DNA of 64,000 nt, taken from Nanobdellota archaeon. GTDB taxonomy: Archaea; Nanobdellota; Nanobdellia; JAAOXT01. Shown piece after piece: positions 63,628 to 64,000 of this stretch; the stretch's first letter is position 1, and the number at the start of each line of letters is the position of its first letter. The stretch spans positions 25,117 through 89,116 of the forward strand of contig JAAOXT010000004.1 of NCBI GenBank assembly GCA_018221045.1, read 5' to 3'. Both the position numbers and the translations under genes were made by a program. A model generated the notes under the pieces. It searched no databases, was not told the DNA's origin, and was given only the letters and a program-made list of their open reading frames with translations.

Positions 63628-64000
63628 TCCACAACCTCTTTGATGCATATCACCACACAATCTAAAGGCGCGCGGTCAGCGTTTTTTATTACCGCATTAT
63701 TACAGTAGTCGCTGGTAATAAATGGTTTTGCTGACGCCGCAGAGTCATAATAAGATACATATACTTTCCCGTTTTTTAGTGTTTCGTCAAGCAGTTTATT
63801 ATCCATTTCCATGTTTGTGCATAAAGTTCCAGGGGAATCATAATCAAAGCACAATAGAACTTTATTCGGGTTCAATAATTCTTTATAGGTTTGGCCGCGG
63901 TCCGGAAAGTATTCTTGGTCATATTCATCGTATAAGCCTCCAACCTCTTTATTCTTTTCGAAATCGTACAAGAAAGCGTAGCATTTTGATAAAGGTTGTT
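63624..64000 (-). CDS. Cluster gene A: C-terminal part of a protein whose 5' end lies beyond the window
   Basis: The frame stays open upstream of the track's TTG start (...QPLSKCYAFLYDFEKNK...) to position 64000. The visible part has 6 Cys. Confidence 0.55.
   Translation of the reverse strand, partial: QPLSKCYAFLYDFEKNKEVGGLYDEYDQEYFPDRGQTYKELLNPNKVLLCFDYDSPGTLCTNMEMDNKLLDETLKNGKVYVSYYDSAASAKPFITSDYCNNAVIKNADRAPLDCVVICIKEVVE

Noticed and set aside
50440-64000. The idea that the surface-protein block is a mobile or viral island
   Set aside because: I saw no integrase, transposase, flanking tRNA, direct terminal repeats or capsid/terminase-like genes in the window. The upstream boundary is outside the window, so this remains open rather than disproved.
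1-64000. CRISPR arrays, rRNA genes, IS elements
   Set aside because: I found no regularly spaced repeats, no rRNA-like conserved stretches and no transposase-like ORFs. The only exact tandem repeat noted is the 14-mer at 60801-60828.

Overview
The window is an archaeal chromosomal segment. Diagnostic genes are Spt4, Rpo7, S24e, S27ae, GatDE, Alba, Hjc, EndA, NucS, aP1/P0 and two FtsZ paralogs. Coding is dense and AT-rich; a small-genome, DPANN-like organism is an inference from gene content only. Positions 1-50.4 kb are housekeeping: ribosomal protein and transcription genes, six aminoacyl-tRNA synthetase genes (valS, hisS, pheST, glyS, leuS), gatDE, alaX, prs, pyrH, two ftsZ plus minD, three intron-less tRNAs (His-GUG, Thr-CGU, Arg-UCU), a secreted Lon-like protease and a CARDB/S-layer-like surface protein. 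Positions 50.4-64.0 kb hold the unusual part. It is a minus-strand, mostly translationally coupled block of at least 19 genes that runs off the window end. Every complete product begins with a hydrophobic helix that resembles a type IV pilin or class III signal peptide. Ten products are very small (47-142 aa), and two of these are missing from the ORF track. Several fuse the helix to disulfide-knot-like modules. The block ends with proteins of 600, 862 and 784 aa that are extremely cysteine-rich. I recognise no family for any of these proteins. No secretion ATPase, platform protein or prepilin peptidase lies inside the block. I interpret it as a candidate undescribed surface filament or adhesion (host-attachment) system. 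The alternative is a battery of membrane-anchored disulfide-rich effectors. All calls come from reading the translations by eye; no searches were run.
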